A stretch of DNA of 64,000 nucleotides from Isurus oxyrinchus (taxonomy: Eukaryota). Both the position numbers and the translations under genes were made by a program. The DNA is taken from positions 620,001 through 684,000 of the forward strand of contig JANJGN010000026.1 in NCBI GenBank assembly GCA_026770705.1. Reading direction: 5' to 3'. The notes under the pieces were generated by a model. That model was not told the DNA's origin, did no database searches, and saw only the letters and a program-made list of their open reading frames with translations. Positions 51,655 through 63,634 of this stretch are shown here, one piece after another; within the stretch, counting starts at the first letter, position 1, and every line of letters starts with the position of its first letter.

Positions 51655-51732
51655 CTTTTTTGCACTGATCTCTATGACTGTGTGGCTGGGGTACCACAGT
51701 GATGAATCCTGGATTCCCATAATACATAAACT
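51655..51732 (+). other. IgNAR D2 (TGGCTGGGGTAC, 51683-51694) with 12-RSS and 22-RSS
   Basis: 5' side: CTTTTTTGC-12-GACTGTG (51676-51682). 3' side: CACAGTG (51695-51701)-22-ACATAAACT (51724-51732). Confidence 0.92.
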
Positions 51733-52047
51733 TCCCCACACCTCTTAAGGTAAAGCGAACAGATGCCATTTTCTGAGTGGCTAAGATATCTCATGGCTAA
51801 ATATTTATTATCTTCGTCAGACAGTGCTTGGTATATCAAAGGCTTTTCTCTAGTTATTTAGGTGGTAATTTTATAAATTTTATAAATGTTATCTTCATGA
51901 TGGAACATTTTAGATTCGCCAGGATTTTTCGAGTGGGTGTGAACTATAGGCATCTATGGCATCCTAATTTAAAGGCAACGATTTGCTACATTTTCCAATC
52001 AATTTCTTGAATATGTGACAGATTTTTTGGAAAGTTTTGGACAATGG

Positions 52048-52115
52048 ATTTATTGTGTTGGGGTGAATTGATGTGTTACTTCTGTGACACAGTGAGTCGG
52101 GACACAGCACAAACC
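52048..52115 (+). other. IgNAR D3 (TTACTTCTGTGA, 52076-52087) with 12-RSS on both sides
   Basis: 5' side: ATTTATTGT-12-TGATGTG (52069-52075). 3' side: CACAGTG (52088-52094)-12-GCACAAACC (52107-52115). Confidence 0.88.
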
Positions 52116-52431
52116 TCCCCGACAGTTCTTTATTTTACTACTCATGAATGTGGCTGAATAATCTACTTTCTTACACTTGATCTCTTGCAACGCAGAGGTT
52201 GAAATCAGTTCCTGATCGAATATTGGTTGGAATCTATCCGCATTCCCAATAAAATTGAAACACTGGATTGTCCTTTTTCGGTGTTACACGAATTCACATT
52301 GCTCATACTAACTATCTTCACGGACAGAAACTGACAGAAAATAAAGAGTTATCAATGGATAAAAAGTATGCAAAATGTCCTTGGATCAGTCTTGCTTTGG
52401 AACATTTATTACCAAATTATTCTTTTTTGAC

Positions 52432-52470
52432 ACTTTTTTAACTGGGCTGACTTGGAGCTGAATGACTGTG
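52432..52470 (-). other. J 5' RSS (22/23-bp spacer)
   Basis: ACTTTTTTA (52432-52440)-23-GACTGTG (52464-52470). The nonamer register is ambiguous by 1 nt. Confidence 0.85.
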
Positions 52471-52525
52471 GGGTCTAGTTGGAGCTATTATGATGGGGCT
52501 GGCACGGTGCTGACTGTGAACTCAG
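52471..52525 (+). CDS. IgNAR: IgNAR J segment (GSSWSYYDGAGTVLTVNS, phase-1 donor)
   Basis: GAGTVLTVN FR4 motif, GTAAGT donor at 52526, preceded by an RSS. Confidence 0.95.
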
Positions 52526-55379
52526 GTAAGTGACCTTTCTTTCTATTTTGTCACTCAGATTTTGTACATAGAGGATAAGAAGAATCAATGTTCTCATTAA
52601 AACCTGTAGAAGCAGGGTTGTTATGTTCACAGCTGCTTTCCAGGACCTGATTAGATTGACTGTCGGTCAAATCAGAACGGGCTTGGAACTTTGCTATTTC
52701 AAAAATTATTTTGTTCGAGAATATAGTGAAATTGGTTTTAGGTATATAACTTATCTGTCACATAACACTTAAGATAGTTATTTAGAAAGAAGGTGAATTT
52801 TTTAATAATTAAAATGGGACCAAATTTGCAAAGTTCCATCTTACTGAACTGTTCCTTTACAAATTAGTGAGACATCATTTCTAATCCGAAAAATTAACAC
52901 AATTTTGCAGTGAGGAATGATTTCTGAAAGCAAGTAATGGATGCATCCTGATATTTTATAAAGCACAGCTTACGATTTATTGCTCTCTCTAAAACGTTTA
53001 TCGTTCTCTATGACAAAGAGTTACGTTAACATCGGCAGAGACCCTGAAAATATGTTGTCGATTCGCACCTGGAGATTTGTGACTTTTGATTTAAGGGCAC
53101 AAGTCAGTGACCTAGAAAGTGAATCACTGGGCATGACACTGGTCTGTCCCAGTGGCGTTAAAGGTGTGATTTCTGAAACCTATTTTACCAGCGCCAGCTT
53201 CACCCTCCTCGATTGACTTGGACTAAAATATCATGGTTTTAATTTCTCATTAAGAAGAAACGACAGTGAAACCAGTCAAGTTCTCTAAAAGAGATTGAAA
53301 TGTGGTTCTGTGAACCTCAGTGGAAAGTAGACCATATAAGGTGAAACACTGACTCCCGATTCGCTATCAGGTGGTGTTATATTACCAACTACAACCAATT
53401 TCACCCTTGAACTGCAATTCTACAGGAATCATGTTTCCTTGGAAACCAATCTCCCAGACCCGTACTTCAGCTGATAGCGGCGCTCTGTGTGTATGATTAG
53501 GATGAACAGCAGAGAGCTTTATCAACAGCGGGTTACAATGTTCCAATTATATTCTCTTTCAAATTCTATGATGGAAATAAAGTAAGAACTCCCCCGCCTT
53601 ATTTAAAGCTTTAATTAGAATGGTGAAATATTTTCTCACACTAGGTCTGTTATACTGTTCATTGCCTTACTTTATTTGAAGAAGAAATTTGTTACTTTGG
53701 GATCTGAGGGCTGGAAATCCGTCCCTGGTGGTAGTGCAAAAACGGGCGGTTTTGGCTCGGCGGCCTGTTTAAAGCAGCGTCTGATGTTATGTTTCACTGA
53801 TTGCAATGGGCTTTACATGAGGTGCTGCGAATAATAGCTGCTGAGCCGCTTCTACCCGATTTGCACCATTGGCAGAGATGAACTTTTTAGCCTATTAAGA
53901 CAGAAAAGGAAGGGTGAGATGCAGACTGGAATAGGAGCATTGCTGAGGTTGAAGGGAATCGCTGCAGAGATGGAACAGTCATTAATCACAAAGTGTAACT
54001 TTCTATGAGAGCAGAAAAATAAAACACGTGGCGGTAAACTGGTATCGCTTCCATTACCTGGTGTCATACAGGTTGTTCCACGCATAGAATTCCTTCTCTC
54101 TGCAACTGATGCTCCCCAATTTAAGCCACGTTAAAACTGTCACCTTTCACTTGAGCTATTACAGGACCAACCGCTTAGTCTGTCCATGGAATTTAAGCAG
54201 GCATTAATTTATTGAGATCAAAATGTTTTGAACTCTTTGTTGAACAGTGTAACGAGGAAGATCAAACGCTAAACGAAGTTCTCTGAAATTGGAAAAGGAA
54301 GTTTTGTGGCTTAATTGCCGACACTGACAAATCAGCGGGTAAAACAATGGTTTTAATATATACTTCAATAATATTCACATTCCCAACATCAGAGGGAAAT
54401 CATTTTACATAGTTTTTTGAACTTCGCAAAGGATAGTGAATTTAAGACTTTCATTGACGATAATTTTGCAGCTGATTGATTTGTTCACTTCCTCATCTCC
54501 ATTTCAGAACTCCATGTTTTATTTTTGCAGACATGTATCAATTTTTACCCAGTTTCGTATACTTTCATCAACTGTAATTTGTGATCCACTTTATTTTATC
54601 CGAATTTTCCATTTTTTTCGGCCACCATAACTATCAAATCTCCTATACAAACCCTTCCCAACTTTGCCCATGTTATCTTACGGACATATCTGAAAAATGT
54701 TTGTGTAAATATTTCATTCTAACAGATTCAGTCCTACAAATAATGGTAATTTCATTCAGCTTTATGACTCCAGAAGATGACTTAGCATTATTTGCTCCAC
54801 CCTTATCCTGTGTATTCCTCTACCACTGTTCAAATAATTAAACTGCATTGCTAACACTCCATGTCTCAGGCACAGGTCCAGTTCAAAGATATTTGGAAGT
54901 TTCTCGATAAATCATCTGCTGTTTGTCTGTTATCGATATTCTAGGCTATGTGCCATCAATTACCTCTTGCAATTTGTTTTTAGTTCATTTTTTGTCCAAT
55001 TTCAACTTAACGTTCTCACACTTCAACTCCTCCACACTATCCCATTCTAACATTCAATATCTATGAATGTTTTCAGCCGAGACATATCCCGTCTTTATCA
55101 CTGTGTTTTGATTATTTATTTCATCTTCCTGAAGTAAATCTCATTCTTCATCTATTTTCGAATTGTATCTTCCCATTTGTTTTGTGCCGCTGTGTAACTA
55201 GTTTCTTATTCTTACTGGTTAGCCAAGGAACGTTTTGTGGCAACGAATGACACGACAGTAATGTAAAGTTTTCATATCTCAGTGAGAGAGCCCAAACGAT
55301 CCAATGTAGAGAGATGACTTTAGGAATAAAAACCACCCTTTATTTAATGCTAATTTCTGAAAACTACTAACATTAAGAC

Positions 55380-56950
55380 AGAACTGCATGAAACATTCTC
55401 CTAGAAAGAAATACATACAAAATTGTGAAACATTATCAATGGCATGTTAATGGACCTGACACAGGTTGATTGGAATCATGAATTGATAGTTAAAACCAAA
55501 AACGTACAATGGGAGATCTTTAAAGAGGAAATGGCTCGGGTACAGGTTAGACACATTTCCATGAAACGAAAGGGAATAACATCAACCTAGAATTCCATGA
55601 ATGACTAAACGTAGAAATTAGCATAATGCAGAATCGCAAGGCTTATGGGAAATGTCGGTTTCATAAGGAAAGAAGCAATTTTAGCAACTAAAGTAAAGGG
55701 TGAACGAGAAAAACGGAATAATAGTGGCGACGCATGTGACTATATTTGCTTTTAAAATAAAAGGCAAACTCAAAGTGCTTTATAACTTTTTTCTATGAGC
55801 ATCTAAGCAGTAGGATGGTCAAAGGAGGGGTGTGGATAATAGGGGCCGAAACCTATGTTGTTGTGGCGGTAGAGTGCAGAGGCAAAAATAAATAGTTTAC
55901 ATGTGCCTTCACTGAAAAAAAAGCTTACTTCTGCCAATGTCAGAGCAAGCTAGGGGGCACTAGGGAAACTGAAGAGATTTAATATATTAAAAAATGTTAT
56001 TTACAATGTTGGCAGTGCTTAAAGAAGAAAACAATCACTTCAACAGATGGAATACTGATAGAAGCAATGGAGGAAGCAGTTAAAACTATCACCACAAACT
56101 TCCAAACCTCCTTAGATATGAGATTGGTCCCGGAAAGCTGGGTGTTCCAAAATGTTGTATCCGGGCCCACAAAGTGAAGAACGTGAGAAATACAGTCAGT
56201 CAGCCCAGCATTAGAAATGGGGAAAAGTGTATAGAAAATAATGTGGACAAAATTAATTGGTACTTTCAACTATAGGTCAATAGTAACCATCAAACGGAGT
56301 TTGTTATAGGAAAATCATGTTTCACTATCTTAGCTCAGTTTTTGATGCTGTAACAGAGACGGTTGTTGAGCTCAGTGCAGGTGAAGCTGTGTATATGGGC
56401 ATCCAAAAATTGTTTGCTTAAGCATCAAAATTAAAGGCCACGGAGTTAAAATGGAGGTGACAGGCTGAATACAAGATTTGGGAAGGGATAGAATAATGGT
56501 TCAGAATTATTGTTACTGATAGGAAGCAAGTGCCTGGTGTCATCCCGGGGTGATATGAGGACTATTGTTCTTTTTGGTACATATTATTGACCTGGACTCA
56601 GGGATACGGGGAAGAATTTCAAAGGTTGCAGATGACATGCAACTTGTAAATATAATAAAGAGCAGCGGGAATGTAGTCTGACTGGTCAACTGGGTTGATG
56701 CATGGCAGGTTCTGTTTAATGCAGGGAAGTGTTGCGGTATACGTTTTTGATGGATGAATGAGAAAATGTAACATAAACTAAATAAGCAGTTCTTATTCAG
56801 TGGAGAAGGGGATTGGAACCGAGTGACCTGGGGCCGCATGCACAGTGATCTTTCAAGGTGGCAGACATTTGCAGTTGTTTCTTAAAGCATAAGGTAATAA
56901 GGTTATGCTAAACTTAAAATAATGTCATGAAGAAATATTAATCTGTATAA
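55380..56950 (+). mobile_element. Highly decayed CR1 LINE in the J-C intron (continues at about 61853-62030)
   Basis: RT relics (aaatcatgtttcact, atttcaaaggttgcagatgac = SKVADD, tggcaggttctgtttaatgcagggaagtgt). Resumes after the LTR as ...cagttggaataatgtgcc. Confidence 0.6.
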
Positions 56951-57351
56951 TGTAATTGTTTTTTAAATAGGGGTTTAATCTGTGTGTGTTAATTGGACTA
57001 AAGCCAGCTTGCCTGTCTGTTTTAATGTATAGCAGTTTTGAGATGTAAAGAATATGCTAGGGTGTATTTGCATTTTGTTGAATGAAGCATTCGAGAAGCG
57101 GAGTGAAAACTTGCACTGAGCCAAGAGACACAAAGCAATGTTGATATTACTAACAAAATTGGCTTTCTGAAAGGTGTTCAAAAGACCCGGTGCTAGAATG
57201 AATAATTGCATTCAAAGGGGAAGGCTCGGTATATGCATAAGAGTTCTGTGGGTTGAAGCCAGAGACATGTAAGGTCAACGGCTAAAACAAAAAAATTAAA
57301 AAACACCTGTAAAAACTCAGCAAGTCTGGGAGGATTGGCGGAGAAGAGTAC

Positions 57352-57390
57352 AGTTGACGTTGCGAGTCCTCATGACCCTTCAACAGAACG
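57352..57390 (-). ncRNA. PLE hammerhead-like motif, GAAA mutated to GCAA
   Basis: rc: CGTT-CTGTTGA-A-GGGTC-ATGAG-GACTC-GCAA-C-GTC-AACT. Confidence 0.5.
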
Positions 57391-60300
57391 AAGTAAAAAT
57401 AGGAGAGGGGTGAAATATAAGCCAATTTAAGGGGGAATGGGGAAGGTTGGGGGGGGGCGGTGGTTGTTGGGACAAGCAGTCAGTGTTAGGATGAGATAAA
57501 CAAAAGATAACAGACAAAAGAACATAGAGGTGTTGAAGGTGGTGATATTATCTAAAAGAATGTGCTAATTAAGAGGACAAGTGAGGGATAGCTCCAGTGG
57601 GGGTAGGGTGAAATAAGACTAAAAGGGCATAAAATGTATAGATTTAAAAATAATAGAAATAGGTCTGGGGAAAGATCCATATAAATTATTGGAAAAAACA
57701 AAAAGGAGAGGGAATAAATGGAAAGGGGGTGGGGATGGAGGAAGGAGTTCAGGATCTAAAATTGTTGAAGTTAATATTCACTCCAGAAGGCTGTTAGGTG
57801 CCTAGTCGGAAGATGAGGTGCTGTTTCTCCAGTTTTCGTTGAGCTTCACTGGAGCAATGCAGCAAGCCAAGGACAGACATGTGGGCAAGAGAGCAGGGTG
57901 GAGTGTTAAAATGACAAGTGACAGGGAGGTCTGAGTGATGCTTGCAGACAGACCAAAGGTGTTCTGCAAAGCGGTCGCCCAGTTTGCATTTGGTCTCTCC
58001 AATGTAGAGGAAATCGCATTGGGAGCAACGAATGCAATGGACTAGGTTGAAGGAGATGCAAGTGAAATGCTGCTTCACTTGAAAGGAGTGTTTGGGCCCT
58101 TGGACGTTGAGGAGAGAGGAAGTGTAGGAGCAGGTGTTGCATATCTTGCGTTCGCAAGGGGAGGTGCCTTAGGAGGGGGTTGAGGAGTAGGGGGTGATGG
58201 AGGAGTGGACCAGGGTGTCCCGGAGGGAGCGATTCCTATGGAATGCTGCCAGGAGGGGTGAAGGGAAGATGTGTTTGGTGGTGGCATCATGCTGGAGTTG
58301 GTGGAAATGGTGGAGGCTGATCCTTTGAATGCAGAGGCTGGTGGGGTCATAAGTGAGGACAATGGGGACCCTATCATGTTTCTGGGAGGGAGGAGAAGGC
58401 ATGAGGGCAGATGTGCAGGAGATGGACTGGACATGGGTTGAGGGCCCTGTCAACTACCGTGGGTGGAAATTCTCGGTTAAGGAAGAAGGAGGACCTGTCA
58501 GAGGAACTGTTTTTGAAGGTAGCATCATCAGAGCAGATGTGATGGAGGCGAAGGAACTGAGAGAATGGGATGGAGTCCTTACAGGAACTGGGGTGTGAGG
58601 AGCTGCAGTCGAGGTAGCTGTGGGAGTTGGTAGGCTTGTAATGGATATTGGTGGACAGTATATCACCAGAAATTGAGACAGAGATGTCAAGGAAGGGAAG
58701 GGAAGTGTCAGACATGGACCATGTGAAAATGATGGAGGGGAGGAGATTGGACGCAAAATTAATAAATTTTTCCAGGTCCCAATGAGAGCATGAAGCAGCA
58801 CCAAATTAATCATCGATGTACTGGAGAAAGAGTTGTGGAAGGGGGCCAGAGTAGGACTGGAACAAGGACTGTTCCATAAAGAGACAGGCATAGCTGGGGC
58901 CCATGCGCGTACCCATGGCCACACCTTTTATTTGGAGAAAGTGGGAGGAGTTAATGGAGAAATTGTTCAGTGTGAGAACAAGTTCAGCCAGACAGAGAAG
59001 AGTAATGGTGGATGGGGATTGTTCGGGCCTTTGTTCGAGGAAGAAGCTAAGGGCCCTCAGACCATCTCGGTGGGGGAAGCAGGTGTAGAGGAATTGGACA
59101 TCCATGGTGAAGAGGAGGCAGTTGGAGCCAGGGAACTGGAAATTGTTGAAGTGACATAAGGTGGGAAGGGCCTGAAACGGGGAGAGAGAAGGGAGTCAAG
59201 ATAGCGAGAAATGAGTTCTGTGCGGTAGGAACAGGATGAAATTATCGGTCTGCCAGGACAGTCCTGTTTGTGGATTTTGTGTAGGAGGTAGAAGTGGGCC
59301 GTCCAAGGTTGGGCAACTATCAGGTTGGAAGCTGTGGAAGGAAGACCTCCAGAGGAGATAAGGTCAGTGATAGTCCTGGAAACAATGACTTGATGTTCAG
59401 TCGTGGGGTCATGGTCCAGGGAGAAGTAGGAGGAAGTGTCAGCGAGTTGATGCTCAACCTTTGAGAGGTAGAGGTCAGTGATCCAGACAACAACTGCACC
59501 ACCCTTGTCAGCGGATTTGATGACAATATTAGGATTGGACCTGAGAGAACGGAGTGCATTAAATTTGGAGATAGACACGTTAGAATGGGTGAGAGGAGCA
59601 GAGAAATTGAGACGACTAATTTCACGCCGACAGTTCTCAATGAAAAGATCAAGAGAAGGTAAGAGTCCAGAGGGAGGGGTCCTGGTGGAGGGAGAATATT
59701 GGAGGTGGGTGAAAGGATCTGTTGAACGGGGAGAGGACTCCTGCCCAAAGAAGTGAGCATGGAGACGAAGGCAGCGGAAGAAGAGTTCAGCATCGTGCCG
59801 AGCCCGAAATTCATTAAGGTGAGGGCGTAGGGGTATGAAACTAAGTCCTTTGCTGAGCACCGAACGTGCAGTGTCAGAGAGGGGAAGGTCAGGGGGTATA
59901 GTGAATACCCGGCTGGGGCTGGGATTGGATGATCGGGTGGGGACAGAGGGACAGGCAGGGGTGGAGGGTCCTGGATGGGTGTTGGTGTCAATGAGTTGTT
60001 GGATCTTACGTTCCTTAGCATTTGAGAGAAAGAGGAAAAGTTTCTTGTTGAGGTGTCAGATGAGCCGAAGGATAAGATGAAACTGGGGGCACGTGCAGCT
60101 TTGGAAATGGGTGTGGCAGTGCTGCTGGAGGGAGAGATCGAGTGTGTTCTTATGGCGGCGCATGGCACTGAGTGTGGATCTCAGAATGCGACGGGATCAG
60201 CAATCCAAGGAACGTTGCATGTCCCAGAGATACCTGTAATCCTGTGTGGGTTCGAAACATGAGGGATGAATTTTCAGTTAAAATCCACTTGGGGTACGTT

Positions 60301-60602
60301 GGAGATGGAGACAGAAACAGAGAAAGGAAATATGGCTGTGAAAGCGGGTTTTAGTAACCATCTTGTCAAACACGAGGAGAGAAATAGAAAGCAATGAAGG
60401 TGAACAAGGCAAAAGAGAGATTTGAAAATCCTGACGGAGAGTAGCACAAAACTTTCAAGGTAGGCATTTCTTGTTGAGAAGTGGCAGTCAATTAAACACA
60501 GAGACAAAAACAAAAAACTGCAGATGCTGGAAATCCAAAACAAAAAATAAAAATTACCTGGAAAACCTCAGCAGGTCTGGCAGCATCAGCGGAGAAGATG
60601 AC

Positions 60603-60641
60603 AGTTGATGTTTCGAGTCATCATGACTCTTCAACAAAACT
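60603..60641 (-). ncRNA. PLE hammerhead-like motif, degenerate core
   Basis: rc: AGTT-TTGTTGA-A-GAGTC-ATGAT-GACTC-GAAA-C-ATC-AACT. Stems I and II are perfect; C3 is mutated. Confidence 0.5.
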
Positions 60642-63634
60642 AAGTAAAAATAGGAGACGGGTGAAATATAGGCTGGTTTAAGAGGGGGAGCAGGTGGGGG
60701 GGTGGTTGTTGGGACAAGCAGCCAGTGATAGGAGATAACCAAAAAATGTCACACACAAAAGAACAAAGCGGTGTTGAAAGTGGTGATATTATCTAAAAGA
60801 ATGTGCTAATTAAGAGGACAAGCAAGGCACAGATAGCTCTAGTGGGGGTGGGGTGAAATAAGTTAAAAGGGCATAAAAAGTATAGATTTAAAAATAATGT
60901 AAATAGATGGGGAAAAATCTATATAAATTATTGGAACAAGCAAAAAGGAGGGGGAAGAAACGGAAAGGGGGTGGGGATGGAGGAGGGAGTTCAGGATCTA
61001 AAGTTGTTGAACTCAATATTCAGACCGGAAGGCTGTAAAGTGCCTAGTCAGAAGATGAGGTGTTGTTCCTGCAGTTTGCGTTGAGCTTCACTGGAACAAT
61101 GCAGCAAGCCAAGGACAGGCATGAGGGCACAAGAGCAGGATGAAGTGTTAAAATGGCAAGCGACATGGAGGTCTAGGTGATGCTTGTGGACAGACCAAAG
61201 GTGTTCTGCAAAGTGGTCACCCAGTCTGCGTTTGGTCTCTCCAATGTAGAGGAAACCGCATTGGGAGCAACAAATGCAATAGACTAAGTTGAAGGAAGTG
61301 CAAGTGAAATGCTGCTTCATTTGAAAGGCATATTTCGGCCCTTGGACGGTGAGGAGAGAGGAAGTGATGGGACAGGTTTTGTATATCTTGCGTTATTTTA
61401 TTAATTTTTTAATTTTTTTATTTTTTGTTTTGGATTTCCAGCATCTGCAGTTTTTTTGTTTTTATTTTTAAGTTCAAAGACTGTAAGCCTACAACTGCCT
61501 GCAAAGGAACCAACTTGAAAGGAAATTCATCTTGAATGCATAAAGTGAATTTGCTTTGCCTCGTGTCTGGTTAAGTCTATTGGCTATTTTTGCCTTATTG
61601 GAGATTAATTTGGAAATTTGCTATAAGTTATGATAGTAATTTGTAGAAATGTTTATGTGTGTAATGCCTTCTTGTCAATTAATAAATTTATCATTTAGTT
61701 TGATGTAAAAACCACTGAAGGGTTGGGTGGTTCATTTCTGCATTCAGGGTTGCATATCAAACGTACCAATTGAAAATATTGGTAATGACAGTTGTTTAAT
61801 GTTCTGGGATTTTAAAGATCAGCCTTTATCAACCGCTGTGTCCTAACAGTAAAAATAGTGCGAAGAAACCAGTTGGAATAATGTGCCTAATTATGTGAAC
61901 TGCAGTAAGAGATGATGTTAAACTCTTAGAAAGGGCATAGTGGAAATGAGCTATAATAGTACATGTGACACGGGATTTAAATTATTAAGCCACTTAGATG
62001 AACTTAGATTGTTATCATTAGCCGATGTGAACAAACAGATTTGGGGTGAGCTGATGGACAACTTCATCATACTCCGACATTTGATATCAGGAATGATTTG
62101 AGTGTGGCCTCAATTCTATTTTGTTCTCTACCACTGTAACCTATAAATCCGATTATGTCAGAAAATTATGTTTGAAAATATTTCCACATAAAGGTACAAA
62201 ACCATATTGCTCTATGAACATGAAAGGTAAAACAGGTTATCGATAGCAGTTAACAAACACAACTTGGACTTACATTATCTTCAGCGCAATGAAACGTCCA
62301 AATGTACTTCAGAGGAGTCTTAAGAGACAAACTGATAAGACATGTAAGGCGATAATTAGGAGAATGGCCAAAAGTTTTGTTAAAACAAAACCAGTGGATA
62401 AATGTTGAAGTTTAAGGGGGTTGTTGGGGGGGGGGGGGTTGGTGGTGTTCCAAGCTTAGGTCCTCATCAGTTGAAGGCACAGCCACAGGCGTGGATGAGG
62501 GGTGGGTGGGGGCGGGGGGCGGTTGTTGGTGGGGTGGGGGGGGGGTGGCGGGCAGTGGTGTGGGGATGCAATTTAAATCGGAGAAGATTTATTTGGCAGG
62601 CACACATTTTTGGAAAGATTTGTTGATGGATGAGTTTACAGGGTGTGGCATGTACTAGACCATGAGTGGATGGGAATTTAAAAATCAATGCTTTGCTTGA
62701 CTGGGACACAATGTTGTTCAGCAATCACATGGTGATTGGTGAATGGTACTTAGCACAATGAATAAACCGGCAGCGGTTTTGGATGACCTAAAGTTCACTG
62801 AGGATAGAATATGGGTTATTGCTACAAGAGCATTGGAATAGCCAAATCTAGAGGGAATGAAAGTATGAATAAGGCTGCAGCGTAGAATGTGGCAAAGTGT
62901 GAGCGGAGAGGGGAGATCTTCCTGAAATATAAATAGACTGAGCAATGGAGCAAATATATGGTGAGAAACTGGTCTTGCGGTCAAATAATTACACAAAAGT
63001 AGCATAGTCTGATGCAGCCTCAGCCATTGACAGGCAGAAGGGTGTAACCAGCATCAAGGGAATGGAATGTGCAGCTGGTTCTGAAGATCACAACTTCCAC
63101 ATTCCCGATATTTTGTTGGAGGAAATTATTATTAATCTAGCACTGAATGTTGGGCAAACCGTCTGACAATTTCATGACATTGGAGAATTCGATTGAGTTG
63201 GTGGTGGGGTAGAATTCAGCATCATCATCATATAGGTGAAATTTAATGGTGTGGTTTCAGATAACATCTCCGATGGGTAGGGTTTAAAAGGGAAATGGTA
63301 GAGAAAGAATCAACATACGTTCAATATTTGACAATCACTACTATCAGGGCAAAAGTGAAGAAGTATTGGACATACGGCACTGACAACAATTCAGTCATAA
63401 ATTAACAATTGCTGACAATCAGGGTTTGTCGCAGGTCAACCCACAATGCTCAATACACACGTTCAGACTCTTAAATTTCTATGCGCTATAAGATTGGCCT
63501 TATCGTAAAACCCCTAAATCGGGCCCGACAAAATTTGCTCTCTATGTAAGCTTGACGCTTGTGCATCCTCCACGGCAATGCCTTTACCAATCGGCATTTT
63601 CCAACCAATCAGTAATCTCTTATGAACAAAACAA

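Larger units (their letters stand above)
57284..61468 (-). mobile_element. Penelope-like element, partial-tandem structure (inverted stub, partial 3' copy, full ORF, 3' repeat), inactivated
   Basis: Same family as 3741-7053: KSADKGG, MDVQFLYT, GVAMGTRMGP, QYIDD and YIGETK. GIY-YIG plus 3' UTR are duplicated at 60553-61393 and 57290-58152. An inverted stub at 61420-61462 mirrors 60505-60548. Degenerate TSD TAAGGTCAACGGCT (57270-57283) / TAAGTTCAAAGACT (61469-61482). Confidence 0.9.
56951..61848 (+). mobile_element. Probable solo LTR (about 700 bp: 56951-57283 plus 61483-61848) split by a PLE
   Basis: TG...CA termini (TGTAAT...CTAACA), near-TSD ATAA/GTAA and AATAAA at 61681. CR1 sequence is continuous on either side. 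Confidence 0.5.
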
